A DNA stretch of 64,000 nucleotides from Marsupella aquatica (lineage: Eukaryota; Plantae; Marchantiophyta): assembly GCA_973895155.1 (NCBI GenBank), contig OZ316898.1:9824286-9888285 (forward strand), read 5' to 3'. The first letter of the stretch is position 1. Each line of letters opens with the position of its first letter. Shown here in pieces: positions 25,899-38,294 of the stretch. The notes beneath the pieces were generated by a model. It saw nothing but the letters and a program-made list of their open reading frames with translations, searched no databases and was not told where the DNA came from. The position numbers and the translations under genes are program-made.

Positions 25899-27749
25899 TT
25901 AATTTTTAAGTAAGGTTTTAATCTCTCCACTTTCTGCAATTTCACTTATAATGTCTGCTCCCCAAACTCTCCCTTTACATACAGTTGTGGAATAGTTGGC
26001 CAATTGCTGTACACCTTGATAGCTTCTCTCAGACCTGGGTTGTAGTGCTCATCTAAAACGTTCACAACCTCATAATCGGCACCGTGCTCATTCAAGATAG
26101 TCAGAACACGAGGAGAGAACCCACAATGAGGAGCAGTTCTGGTTCCTTTTATGAAAGCCACTATACGAATTTCCTTCACAATCTTGTCAAGGAGCTCCGT
26201 AAGAGGAATGTTCAGCTCTTTGTGTGGACCTAGAGTCAACTTGAGCTCCGGCTTTGCTGCCAAATTCTTCCTCGATATCCAAGTTGTCACTCTAGTGACA
26301 CTCCCTGGGGGGGCTTCTCCAGTGGCTTCCACATGCCCTTGTACCCACTCTCGCCTGGCCTCTGTCAAAGCAGCTTTGTCTGGAGCATCCAACACAGCTA
26401 CCTGGAGAAGATCATTAAGTCTCCAGTACGTCAGAAATCAGTGTATGCAAAGAGACTCATAAGTCGATGGACACTATGGTAGGACTAAGAATGTTATCGA
26501 AGGAAGCCTCGCACAAGAAAACCTACAGTTTCCCAAGACTGCTTTGAACAGTGAATGGTACAAGTCTTCCACATAATCTTTGCTGACTTTTAACTTCATT
26601 GGGCCTCACTAAAAAAGCAGGAAAAAGCCTCTCAAGAAAACTCACAGTTTCCCAACAGAGCTCTCAATTGTGAATGCTACAAATTTTCAACACAATTTTT
26701 GCCGATTTTTACTTTCAGTGGCCTCACTAAACAACAGGACAGCGTCTATGGTCGTGGATTTTAATTCATCGAAAAGGTTTCTATTGAGTTTAAGCCAAAC
26801 GCGTGGGGCTGGCTAAGAGAAGAGGCGAATTGACCTGGGACGTTCAACCGTTTGCCTCGAGTGGGATAACGAAAGGAGAGGGAGCCTCTGAGTCTAGACC
26901 TATGTAGCCTAAAAAGATAGATGTCTGGAAGAGTGGATGCTCCGGAGTCCAGGCTTGTAGAGAGTCTCGGGTTGTTGCCCACTCTGACCGGGCATTTGAC
27001 GTCATTCTAATGACCGAAAACTTAGGAGATTCAAATCATCAGTTCGGGCAAGTTTCCTCTGAAGGGAAAAAAAAAACGAAAAGGACGGAACCTTGGAGAC
27101 CCTAAATTTCTCTCGGAAGCTGAGGGCAGCTTGGAATTCTAATTGAGCCCCAGCCTAGGAGAATGGACAGTACTTGTTTTAGAATTAGCAATCGTCCAAT
27201 TTCTATTATGCGAATTTTTGACGTGATTACCCTCAGTGTACATCTAACAAACACCATTCATCCATCCAAGTTATCGTGAGCAGCACTCTCTACCAAGGGA
27301 GGGACGCACCTTAACAGAGCCGCACAGATCGGGCAAGTCCTGCAGATGGGTCTGGACGCATGCCGAAATTCGTCGAGAGATGCCCACATACTGCAGCTTG
27401 CCTGCCTTATCATAAAAAGCATAGACGCCCGCTGCTACTGGGATGTCCTTGCCGGGATCTTCGCCTGATGTGAGATCCACAGCTTCCACTTCGTCGAGCT
27501 GCTTCAATGCTGCCAAGCACACGCCCGAACCGATACATTTGTGCTCCTAAACCTAAGAACTGCATCGGAATTTTTCCTCAAATTGACCTTCTGGCTGATG
27601 CCTGTCAGCGTGTTGCTGCTCCTGAGACAACCAAGCTTGAAGCACAAACTAGACAGACCAGCCTGCTGCGAATCAGAGCAGGAAGTGGTGGTGATGGCGG
27701 TGGACATGCATGTGGCAGTTGGCACGGATATAGCCATTACCATCGCCAT
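25899..27749 (-). pseudogene. GRXS16: GRXS16 pseudogene (exons 27749-27310, 26401-25899)
   Basis: 1-nt deletion near 27536 breaks exon 1 (ORFs 27504-27749 and 27271-27522); 4-nt deletion near 25962 destroys FVGGAD; active site reads HCGFSP. Confidence 0.9.
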
Positions 27750-27916
27750 GACTGGCTAATCAGCACCTAACTGCTCTACTGGCTGTCCTACGGTCAATTC
27801 TCTGGTTTCAACCGAAACCTACCACACATAGATAAAGAATGCCCAAGTCCTGGACCTTGGTTATGAAATCAGGGCATGGACTCCCAGCCACGCAGAAGCG
27901 CAGAACATTCGTTACG

Positions 27917-28066
27917 AATCCAGAATATGGGTATTTACTTAGTTTAATTAATTAAACTGGTGGAATCGGTTTCAGCTGTTTTCTCTCATGAATCCAGAAT
28001 ATGGGTATTTACTTAGTTTAATTAATTAAACTGGTGGAATCGGTGTCAGCTGTTTTCTCTCATGAA
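27917..28066. repeat. 73-bp tandem duplication in the GRXS16/IPMI intergenic region of copy B only
   Basis: gaatccagaatatgggtatttacttagtttaattaattaaactggtggaatcggt.tcagctgttttctctcatgaa twice; single in copy A (~11060-11130). Confidence 0.9.
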
Positions 28067-29240
28067 GGTGCCATCCACGATCTATGGCCATTGCAGATGA
28101 CCTGCCAGAAGCATTCTTCCTTAGGAATCAACTAGTGTTACAACACACCGCATTCATGTTTCGCATTTCTATATCTAAACGCTTGCCCTTATTGGATGAG
28201 CTTAATCTCCGCTGGCCCAAGATCGTTTTGCTGCACGAGAGCAACAGTTCAGCCCAGACGCATTCCGCTACTGGAAAGAAGACAGAGAACATTAGAACAA
28301 CTTAATTCTACTAAAATACTGGATCGAACTTGTTGGACTTCAAAGATTGGTGCGCCAACCAGGATTCTCGGGTCATGTCGGATTCTTGGGCATCACTGAT
28401 TTGTGGGCACTCGCGATCCGACCTGTCCCCAAGTGGGAAGGCCTCATCGACGGCAACGTAAGTTCACTTTCGCAAGGGAGCACTTTGACCGTCCATTTGC
28501 CCAGCCAATGAGCCAATCTTCCAAAGAATTTCGGTACAGGGAAGAAAGAAAGGAACAATTTAATAAAAAACAAATGGAGATATTTATTCTACACGGGTTG
28601 CTTCAACGATACACTTCTCATTTACGGTAGGGTTTTACAGTAGAAGCCTAGAAGGGTTAGAGAGAATGACTCTGCATCTTCCTCATGTGCTTCCTTCGCG
28701 CTCATTGCATCCACGGAACGCTCGTCGAGACTGAGAGCTCAACCTCTGCAGATCTCCCGTCTCCGTGTAGATTCGACAGAGGAGGCCGGCTCTACTATTT
28801 AGCAGTGAAGATCGGCTGCATAGGTTGGGGCTGATCAGCTGGATTTTGCAATCATTGGCTCCGGCCAACGTTTGCAAAAGGAGTCGTCTTCCTAGTCAGT
28901 TGGCCTGTTCGCCTGATTGTTAATTTCAAGTCCGACCACTGGCCACTTTTGGATCGAAGGTTTTTCTTCCTCTGTCACCCAAATCCACTTCTTGTGGTCT
29001 CCATTCATTCCCGTGCATTGCACGCCAACCCTCAGGACATTCAAAACCTTGAAGACAACTTCCCCTAGTAACAATTCAGAGTATTTAGTTCCTCCTTCAA
29101 TCCCGGATTCTTATCCAGCAGGACATTCAGCAAGGTGGGCTCGGTTGCCGCCAATCTTATTCAGCAATCGTGATAAGTAGTAGCAATTGTAGTCGGACAA
29201 TACTCCGAAAAACTTTGGTGGGGAGACTGAGAAACCATCA

Positions 29241-30062
29241 ATGACGACAGCAGGAGGATCCATAGCTACCCTGCTGAAGAGTTTATCGAAGAGCTCATCC
29301 TTCGCTGGGACATTAGTGGGAGCGGACAGCACGTGGTCCACTCTCCCAGCCCTTACCCAAACGGTGCCCCAGAGGAGAAATGCGGAACCAGCGCGGCTGA
29401 GCATGGAGATGCCCAGGAGGCGAATTCATTCAACAGCATCTGCGACGAGAAGGGTCATTGCAGCATCAGGGTTGGGATTGCCAGAGGAGGGGATAGGGGA
29501 GAAATCGAGTCAGGGGAAAGTAATTCATGGCAAGTGCTTCGTGGTTGGTGACAACATTGACACAGACCAGATCATTCCCGCTGAATACCTGACTCTGGTC
29601 CCGTCCAAGCGTGATGAATACGAGAAGCTCGGAAGCTATGCCATGATAGGGCTCCCTCCCCACTACGGCAAATTCATTGAAGATGGAATGACCAAGACAG
29701 ACTACACGGTCATGATTGCCGGAGCCAACTTTGGCTGTGGGTCATCTCGGGAGCATGCTCCAGTAGCCATGGGAGCTGCTGGAATCAGGGCAGTGGTGGC
29801 CGAGTCATATGCCAGGATTTTCTTCAGGAACTCGGTGGCTACCGGAGAGCTCTATCCTGTGGAGGCCCAGGACAGAATTTGTGATGACAACAAGACAGGG
29901 GATTTGGTGACTGTGGACTTAGGGCAGAATGTCCTTATTAATCACACTTCCGGTAAGCAGTTCACCCTCATTCCCATTGGGGATGCCGGTCCTGTGATTG
30001 ATGCTGGGGGGATCTTCAACTTTGCTCGGGCCTCTGGAATGATTGCTGCTGCCGCGACCTAG
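29241..30062 (+). CDS. leuD: 3-isopropylmalate dehydratase (isomerase) small subunit, plastid-targeted, intronless, 273 aa
   Basis: Transit peptide then [52 protein letters not shown]. Confidence 0.96.
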   Translation: MTTAGGSIATLLKSLSKSSSFAGTLVGADSTWSTLPALTQTVPQRRNAEPARLSMEMPRRRIHSTASATRRVIAASGLGLPEEGIGEKSSQGKVIHGKCFVVGDNIDTDQIIPAEYLTLVPSKRDEYEKLGSYAMIGLPPHYGKFIEDGMTKTDYTVMIAGANFGCGSSREHAPVAMGAAGIRAVVAESYARIFFRNSVATGELYPVEAQDRICDDNKTGDLVTVDLGQNVLINHTSGKQFTLIPIGDAGPVIDAGGIFNFARASGMIAAAAT

Positions 30063-30251
30063 GAGAGCAAATTTTTTTCGTTCCGAGGGAGAGTAAAATT
30101 GGAAGAGAGGTAGAGAGAATGAAGAGGGATAGGGATTGGGATGGGAAATTGAAGTTTTTAGTCTATAAATCGAAACATGGATTTAGTCGAGGGAGCGGGA
30201 GTCATCATTTGCAAATTGAAGTCAAATTGCCATATACTGAGCGAGAGAGAG

Positions 30252-30312
30252 AGTGAGTGAGTGAGTGAGTGAGTGAGTGAGTGAGTAGTGAGTGAGTGAG
30301 TGAGTGAGTGAA
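30252..30312. repeat. (GTGA)n microsatellite
   Basis: Direct reading; shorter version in copy A at ~13310-13340. Confidence 0.9.
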
Positions 30313-31513
30313 GTGTGACAAGTTTGCAGCAACAAATTGTGTTCGGTCTCTAGATCTTTTGCTTTACAAAAGGAAGAAGAGGACAATAGGTAGAGATGTT
30401 CTTTGTATGCCGCACAGGCAAGCTCAATTTTTCTGGGATTAAAATGTGGGATGGGGGGTTGTGAGAAAACGACCAGTCCATGAAATACTTTCGCCAGTTT
30501 GTGGTCGCACCGTCGTTTTTTGTGTGAAGATGTCTTCATAAACTTGCGCGTGTAGCTGGCTTCTGTGTGCATTTGTACTTCATCACCGCAATGTTATGAA
30601 ATTCATTCGTTGAAGCATGCACATTTCATGACCGATTATGTCTATAACAATACGTCATGGACAATTTTTCCAGCCTTCGATTTAGACCTTCACTGTCCTG
30701 TTGCAAGTTTGGTTTACTTCTCCTTTGCAGAAGTTTGACATAGATTGAATCGACTTCGCGTTAAAATGGCTTGCTGGCTGAGATCTTCTGGATGCATAGC
30801 ATGGACTACAATGAGCTCCCTGCAGACCCTCCCTCAACGACTTGAGATGTTATCATAGAGGAAACTTTCAGATGGGCTGCGCTCGAATGAATATTGTGTA
30901 GGATCGTTGATTGCTTCGTAGAACAGGATAAGTTATCAATTCAGTGGAGAGCTGGCAGAACAGTTGTCCTTGAAACCTTTGAACCACTAGACCTTCCGTA
31001 TCTAAACAGGGACGATCTGGAAGTGTTGTATATGTACTATCACCTCAGTATGGCACAGATGATGTATCAGAACTCCGGCCTTCCACACATAGTTTGTACT
31101 TTTGACCAGGTCTGTGACTGCACTCTCTTAGGCTGGATTTTACGACAGTAATTGGTTGCTAAAGAGCCCTTAGCCATGTTTGGATTATGAACCAGCTGCA
31201 GTACACAATCAGGATCTTCAATTCCAATTGAGCTAAGAAGTGCATGCCACTGGAAAGTTGTACAATTGTTCTCACTCAAAAAATGAATATCATTTTAAAT
31301 GTCAGCTCTCAGTGCCAATAGTGCAGTGACAAACATTGTCACAGGGCTGCCAATAGATTGCTCGAGCAGCAGGAGGACAATGATAGCAGTGCATAACGTC
31401 TCAATACAGATCCACTGCCTAAACTCAACGATTTGGAACTGATTTGGAGCTCTTGAAGAAATGGGGCTCTGAATACTAAGCATGGGCGTTCAACCAATGT
31501 TCTTTGCCAGCCA

Positions 31514-31545
<32 letters not shown>

Positions 31546-33002
31546 GGGAAGAGGAGGAGTATGTTGTATGGACAAATGTTTGTACTACACTTTGTGTCCT
31601 AACGCACCAGCACACTTGGAAGGATCGATGGCACTGCCCCTGGGACGGCCTCACCTACATTCAAGTGCCCCAGGCCAGATGTCCCAGCAATTGGCAAGGA
31701 CAAATCCGAAGACCTGGCTTCCAGGTCATGAGGGACGTCATGAAGCTGGTCCTTGCAATTTGCTACCCCGCAGCAGCGCAGCTATGCCAATGCTTACCGT
31801 AAAATGATCACCCTCTGGCACTTTGACCTCCCGTTCCCCCTTGTTGTCCCCCATTTGTGGGCCACCCGGTTGTATGGTGTCTCTTCGAAATGGATTCTAG
31901 TTGTATGAATCAAGGCAGACAAGTATCAAAGAACAAAGGCCAACCACTGCAGATTTGAAGAAAGGTGGGCTGTAATACTGTCCACATGAGCCCAGTTTTC
32001 TGGAATCCTGATCCATTTCGCTCGACATCTCAGCTGGTGGCTCGTGTGACGACGACCAACACCACTTTGCATCCGTATAAAGTTTGAAGCAAATCGTCAG
32101 AATCGCCTTTCCCACCTTGCCAAAAAGGAACTGCAAGATTCAGTCCTGATGTCTCGATAAAGGTAAAAATACTGGAGTCGTTCTGTTGCCGTCAGGTCGA
32201 AACTAGAACAAAAACTAATTAAGATGTTTGGAGTGAGTAATATATGCAGCTATGCTCGTAGTTTGCACCATTGATGTCCAACCGTGTCCCTTTCTTTGCT
32301 CCCAGAAAATCATCCATCTAAGGAACATAGACTCCTTGTTCCTTGTACCACAACATATGCCCCTCTCTGACCTTCCAACGGGGGGGCCCATAGCAATCCT
32401 TCCATATTCCCAATCGGACGGCATCGTGTTGAGATGCCATGTCAGCTTGACTCGACAAAGCCACATTGTCTACTCGCCACAAGGACACGTAAATTTAGAT
32501 TTTCCACCTTTTGCCATCATTCAATCGAATGTTCACAATGAGAGGACGAAAATAATGGACGATGTGATCTCGGATGTCATCGATTCTAGCATCTTCGGGT
32601 ACTTCGAGCCAAGGCATATCATTATCCAGGACTTCATTTCTCTCCCAAACGAGTCATGCAGTGAATCAGCCACAGATTTATCTGGCCACGAAATTGGGCG
32701 GTGGGGACCAGCTCGAAAGCAAGATTTTCTTAATTACCGGTAAAGCAATCATGCGCAGGTCGTTCCCATCGATATTCAAGTCATGCCGCCGCCGCCCGCA
32801 CTCAGCGGACTGTCAAGCGCAGTAACTTGGGAGTGCTGACATGCTGCATGCAGAGCTCACCACGGAATCGATATCCGCAGTATTGCGGGGTATCGTTTTA
32901 GTAAGCTGAGGGGTTTTTTCAATGGACACCGGAGGTGCTCGATCACGTGGAGCTGTACCTCAGTTGTCACTCCTTCTCGTCAAAAAACAAAAGGCAAAAA
33001 AG

Positions 33003-33400
33003 TGATATATATACATCAAAGTGACAAAAAGGCAACAAATATATATATATATATATATATCAAAGTGACAAAACGCAAAAAAAGATATATATCAAAGTGA
33101 CAAAAGGCATCACAAAGCCAAATCCTGGAGAGAGAATCCCAAAGGCCAACCCAAAGGCCAAGGAACCCAGTAAAGGGAGGGAAGAAGAAGGGGGAAGGGC
33201 CCCAAGAACACCCCAGAGGTCCAACAAGGCAAGGAGTCCCCCATGTGCACAACCAAGGAATGACAACAAAAACAAAGGATCCCCAAAGGAGCAAAGAAGA
33301 CTAAAACCCTGTTGTAAGGAGAACTGAAAAACCTGGTAGAAGTCCAGAGTACACAGCATAGGAGTGTCACAAAGTGGATTCTTGTCAAACTGCATGCAAA
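33003..33400 (-). mobile_element. 3' end of a LINE-like dispersed repeat with a tandemly repeated AT-rich tail
   Basis: Reverse complement matches 43800-44030 (translations HFVTLLCCVLWTSTRFFSSPYNRVLVF vs HFVTLLCDLLWNSIKHFSSLLSRVLVF); ends in three atata..tcaaagtgacaaaa units plus (AT)n. Confidence 0.55.
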
Positions 33401-35107
33401 CAGTTTCAAGGTAGGATGTTTCCGTTTCCATGGCCTTACATCACTCCACAATTCCGTAAACTATTTTTGTCTTTCTATGGATGGTTATTAACCCTCAGGC
33501 CCTGCTAGAATTTACTTTTGTGTGACCTGGTCTACCTATAATATAGTACTTGATAGAAGTTTGATATATCACTATTCTATTCACCAGCAAGACTTAGGGT
33601 CATCTTGCATGTAGACAGTCATGAAAAGAATGGCCCATTACATAACTGGTGGCAGCCCCTGAGTGAGCGGGACTTTCCATTGAGTGAGGTAGTCCTGACA
33701 GCACTAATCTAGGATTTCAAAGGGCAAGGCACAGAAAGTTTCCGGCCCTTCACCGTCTTAGACATTGTGATCTAACCCATTGTAAAGTGTATTAATATTG
33801 CTCGAATGGACCATCAAGTTTGATCTAAAGATTTCCAATGGTTCAAGCAAGTTTTTTATGGTTCCACATAAAAAACTTTTAAGCAAAGAAAAGGATCTAA
33901 TTATAAAAGTAATGTTTTGAACCAGTCCATCTATAACAGTAGATATGAGCATCCTGTCAAACATCACATGATTGAGATCTTTACGGATCCCCATGGGAAG
34001 TTCATTCCAAAATCCCTGGAAGCATGTGTAGTCACATCAGCACTATTAGTCACAAACAAGAACTATTCATCATGCAAAAAGCACCAAACAAGACTTTGTG
34101 TGTTTGAAACAAGTCAAAGAAAAACAGTTAAACCTTGTAACTGTAAAAACATTCAATTGAAAACTGAAAAGTCATATTTCAAATAAACAAACAAAGGGGT
34201 GAAAAAGGGCGTAAAAGAAAATAACCTTTGGATGGGTTGTGATTGATATATCAGTGGTTTTCAGTAGATTGTATCAATTTTCTATTTCATTAGCATTTTT
34301 TGGAATAACCATGGGTAGAAAGAAACTTTTCAACTGCTGTAACATTTACCAAGGTAATGTAAGAAACTATTCAGTTACTATGGAAAAAGGAACTTAAACT
34401 AAGGGAACATAAGAAACCATTTTCAAGACTACTATGGATAAAGGAATACCAAAGGAATGTAATTAAGAAACTCTTTGGCTTTCTATAGCATTTTGCATGG
34501 ACTGTATGGACATAGGAGTACTAAGGGAACGTTGTGCATGCACTTCTTCCATGAATAATCTACTCATTTTTTCCTCTCATCTCCATATTTAAATCTATTC
34601 CAATATGCAACTCTTCATGTGTTCTAACTTAGTTGTTGAATAACATCAAACTTACATAACCAAGGGGTACTCAAAGTAATTTAATTTCAAGGTTTGTCAT
34701 AGAGATGTTATCAGGAGGCTCAACTTCAGGCAATTCTCCTGGAAGGCTGGTCTGATAGGACATCTGGCAGGAACATGGCCTGTTTGAACCAAGAGCTAAT
34801 CTCCATGCCCAATGATTTCTCCTTGAGACCTGTTGAGACAAATAACAATTTGTTATTGTAGAACCCTTCTTAAACTCTGGAATCATAAGTAGAAGTTATT
34901 CAAAATATAAATAAACTTATTACTACATGCCCAAGTGGACCCAAAGGACTAACTAACTTTGACACCCAAAATTGTGTGGTCATAAAAAGAGATGAACTCT
35001 TGAAGTAAAACAGAATATGCCAAGATGGCCCATCCTAGTTTGAAATTGAGATTTGGAATGCAGGTTTTGGAATGCTCTCCTGTAGCAGCTAAGAGGCTTG
35101 CAGCGCT

Positions 35108-35109
<2 letters not shown>

Positions 35110-35148
<39 letters not shown>
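35110..35148. repeat. (CT)n microsatellite
   Basis: Direct reading. Confidence 0.95.
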
Positions 35149-35151
<3 letters not shown>

Positions 35152-38100
35152 TTGTTTCGTTGCGGCTTTTAAGGGAGGGTTCAGGATTTCAGTGCTGACA
35201 GTCACAAACCACAAGGGAATTGGATGGGAGCATCGGCGAAGTTGTCTTTGATGTTGTGATCGTTTGAGGCGTTGTTAGTGGGGACTGTCTACTGTAAAGA
35301 CATCTCAATCTGGTGGAAGAAATGGTTGATACAAGTTGATTGTGGGTTATGAAATGGTTCTCAATCTGATGGAAGAAAATGGTTGATACAAGTTGACAGT
35401 GCAATCTAGACCTTGCGAAAGGACACTAGTTATACTTAGTAGCGTGGTGAGAAGAATCGTGGCGAACTTCGTTGTTGCCTTGGATTTGGAGCGTTTCTGT
35501 GCTATGAAAGTCTTGAGAGACAGTGGATGAAAACAACATCATGTCTATGTCCTGAAAGAACTGGAGCAGGCCCGGAGTGCTTTGTCTTTAACTCTTCTAC
35601 AGTGGCTTGGGCGACGAGACAAAATGGCCAATTGGCAATTACTGGTCTTTCTGGTGAGCATGGCGGCAACGTCAATGGAGCTCCTCACAATTTCATTTCA
35701 GGCCCTCCAGGATATTCTCGGTCTGAACACACTTCCATTCTAGCTAGTCAGAACTCCCTTTCTATTTCTTTTCCATCCTGGCTCTATCTCAATGCATCCA
35801 CTCGTTACAGATTTGCTGAGTCAAGGAAGGCCGATCAGAAAGGCCAAATTTGCATATTGTACATAGCCATTGTGCAGCGGCCAGTCTCGTGGTCTTTGTA
35901 AGGTCCCGTAATGTGACAGCAGGTGCTCTGCAAATCGGGCAAGCTTCACTCCCTCTTGTGTGTCTCATTGTTTTGTCTCCCATCTGTTGCTTTGCGTCTG
36001 CCGTGTCTATGTGACGTGACATTGGAATGGACTTTTGGTCGGGCTCAGTAATCTAGAGAGGTTACTCAAGTATCTGTGAGCCTAAGGTCCAGATACTAAA
36101 TTAAATTCGGACATTTTAGAGTTTGGTATCGGAAGGCTGGATTGACTCAAGGTTTTGTGGAATTGTGTCACGTATCTCTAAGGATGGGGGTAACGACGCA
36201 GGGAATTTGATTGGACGAGATAGAGATTTGGGTTACATTGCAGCTTTGCACGTACTCTTCCTGCAGGACATAAATTGCTGACATTGTCAAAGATGAGGAT
36301 TGGAATTATGCCAATTTCCATAATGTCACTGAAAGTAGCGTTCTTAAGGTGATCCCATCTCAATATTGGGTTGAGATGATCCATCCAGATCTTTGTCAAA
36401 CATTGTAATCCATATGTTTTGTTTTTTTACCCTGAAGCAGCTTATGATCCATCCAGATTATTTGTCAAACATGGTATCCATCGTTCCATGTTTGACAACG
36501 AATCTGGACGTATCATACGGGGGAAAAAATGGTTTGCAAACCATGTACCTCAGGGTTTGCAGAATGGTCAGGACAGACTCACACAACTAACATGGACCGC
36601 AGCGAAACCCTCTTTTTGCTCAGATGATACATAACACACCAGAGAGTCAAATGTGATAAGGAACCAAAATATCTGAAATTTGTAGTTCTCCCAATTCTTA
36701 ATGAAAGTTGACTATATTGGATTTGTTGGAGAAAAAAGTCACAGTAGTTGAGCCCAAGAATATCCTATTTGGTTGCATTGCAATGGAATAATTTGCTGGT
36801 AAAAAGGTTGCCGAAGTGAGACGTGTGTTAAGCAGTGATGGTGTATACCCTGTCAAGTTCCATGGGGGTTAATAGATTTCATGAGCTTGGTCCATCCAAA
36901 CATCTTTTTACAACTGTAAATCCAAAACTTTCACACTTACGCTATATAGGGATAACTACCCGAAGGTCTTAATCGATGAACGTACATAACACCTCACAAA
37001 TTTTCCATCACAAAATTGGACAAGTGAGCCTGTTTTCCAGATTTGGTATATATATTTTTTCCCCTTCTAATCATAGTTTTCCTTTCCCAATGTTGCATAT
37101 TTTTCCTTTTAGGAAACGAGACATTATCAAATGGCCTGGCATCATGGGATCTCGCCGTGGTGGAGGCAAAGTAAATTGGTAATTCCAGAGAAATAAAGTA
37201 CCTATGAAAGTGAATTGTCCTGATTAAAATCTTCTTGAGAAACTCTCTTGGTGCTGGGCCTACCTAGAGTACCCTTACTTGCATTATTATTTTGTCAGTC
37301 TTATCTGTAATACGAAGTAGTACTTACTGTTACTAATGACGGGTGAGAACAACCTATCAACCCCTGGCTGCTCGAACCTCAAATACACAAAAGCGTTGTA
37401 AGTTGTCCCTCTTTTTTTTTTATACAAGACTTGCACAAGCATTGATTGCATAACTTAGCATGCCTTTGAGTAAGTTTGTCATTAAGACGAGAATAAACTT
37501 TCGAGTCAGACGTCGTCTCACTGTTTTCTATGATCTTTACTTATCACTGGGGTGTTGTCCACTTGCATCGTTACATCTATGCTCAAACCTCAATAGAAGA
37601 TTGTAATCAATTCTCCTTGCAGTGGATACATATTCGTCCTCACACAACAAGAGAATTTGAAATTCCTATTTGCAAAGGGCATATGATGATAAACCATAAG
37701 CCTCATCTCGTTCCCCACAGGAGGGCAGTCTTCCTCCCCCCCACCCTCCCACGGGTTAACGCACACACATAAATCATACAGTATTAAAAGAAGTCAGAGT
37801 ATCACGTCCATGTAGATAGGCTCACATCTGGCCTACCAAGCAAACGTGTTGATGGCCAGACTGCAGTCTGAGCCGGCTTTATCTTTTGATTACTCTCCTG
37901 AATTACATAACAATGCGATCCAAACTAAATTTAATCCCGAGTGCTTTGCAACCTGATTTCTGCATATGTACAAGTACCCAACAGTATGTGGTCAACAAAG
38001 CCTCCCTGTCCCGAGCTAGATGTGCAAGAGGTAAAGTGCAGGTTCACCTTGTGGAAAACTCAAAAGCTGCTCTCAAGTAGAAACTTGATTCCAGAAAATC

Positions 38101-38294
38101 TCATGCCAAGAGAACCAGGAGTTTGCAGTTCAATGTGCTGTACCATCTTCTGTTAGGCTATGTTACAAGTTCTTCCCGTAATCGGTCAAATTCTGTGATA
38201 GTACCTTGGGACAAGCATTGTTGATTGCTTCATCAGATTTGGTTTCAATGCCATATGGTTGCTGTTGCGTCTTAGCAATACTGTAACAGCTTTC

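Larger units (their letters stand above)
25675..31326. repeat. Segmental duplication copy B
   Basis: Colinear with 8775-14033; carries ~380 bp extra near 30480-30850 relative to copy A. Confidence 0.92.

Noticed and set aside
29241-30062. Intronless leuD as bacterial HGT or contamination
   Set aside because: Has a plastid transit peptide and plant-type sequence; plant IPMI small-subunit genes are commonly intronless
35789-36022. CPICR as a RING-finger gene
   Set aside because: Only the last Cys pair is visible; no upstream RING ligands or convincing exon chain
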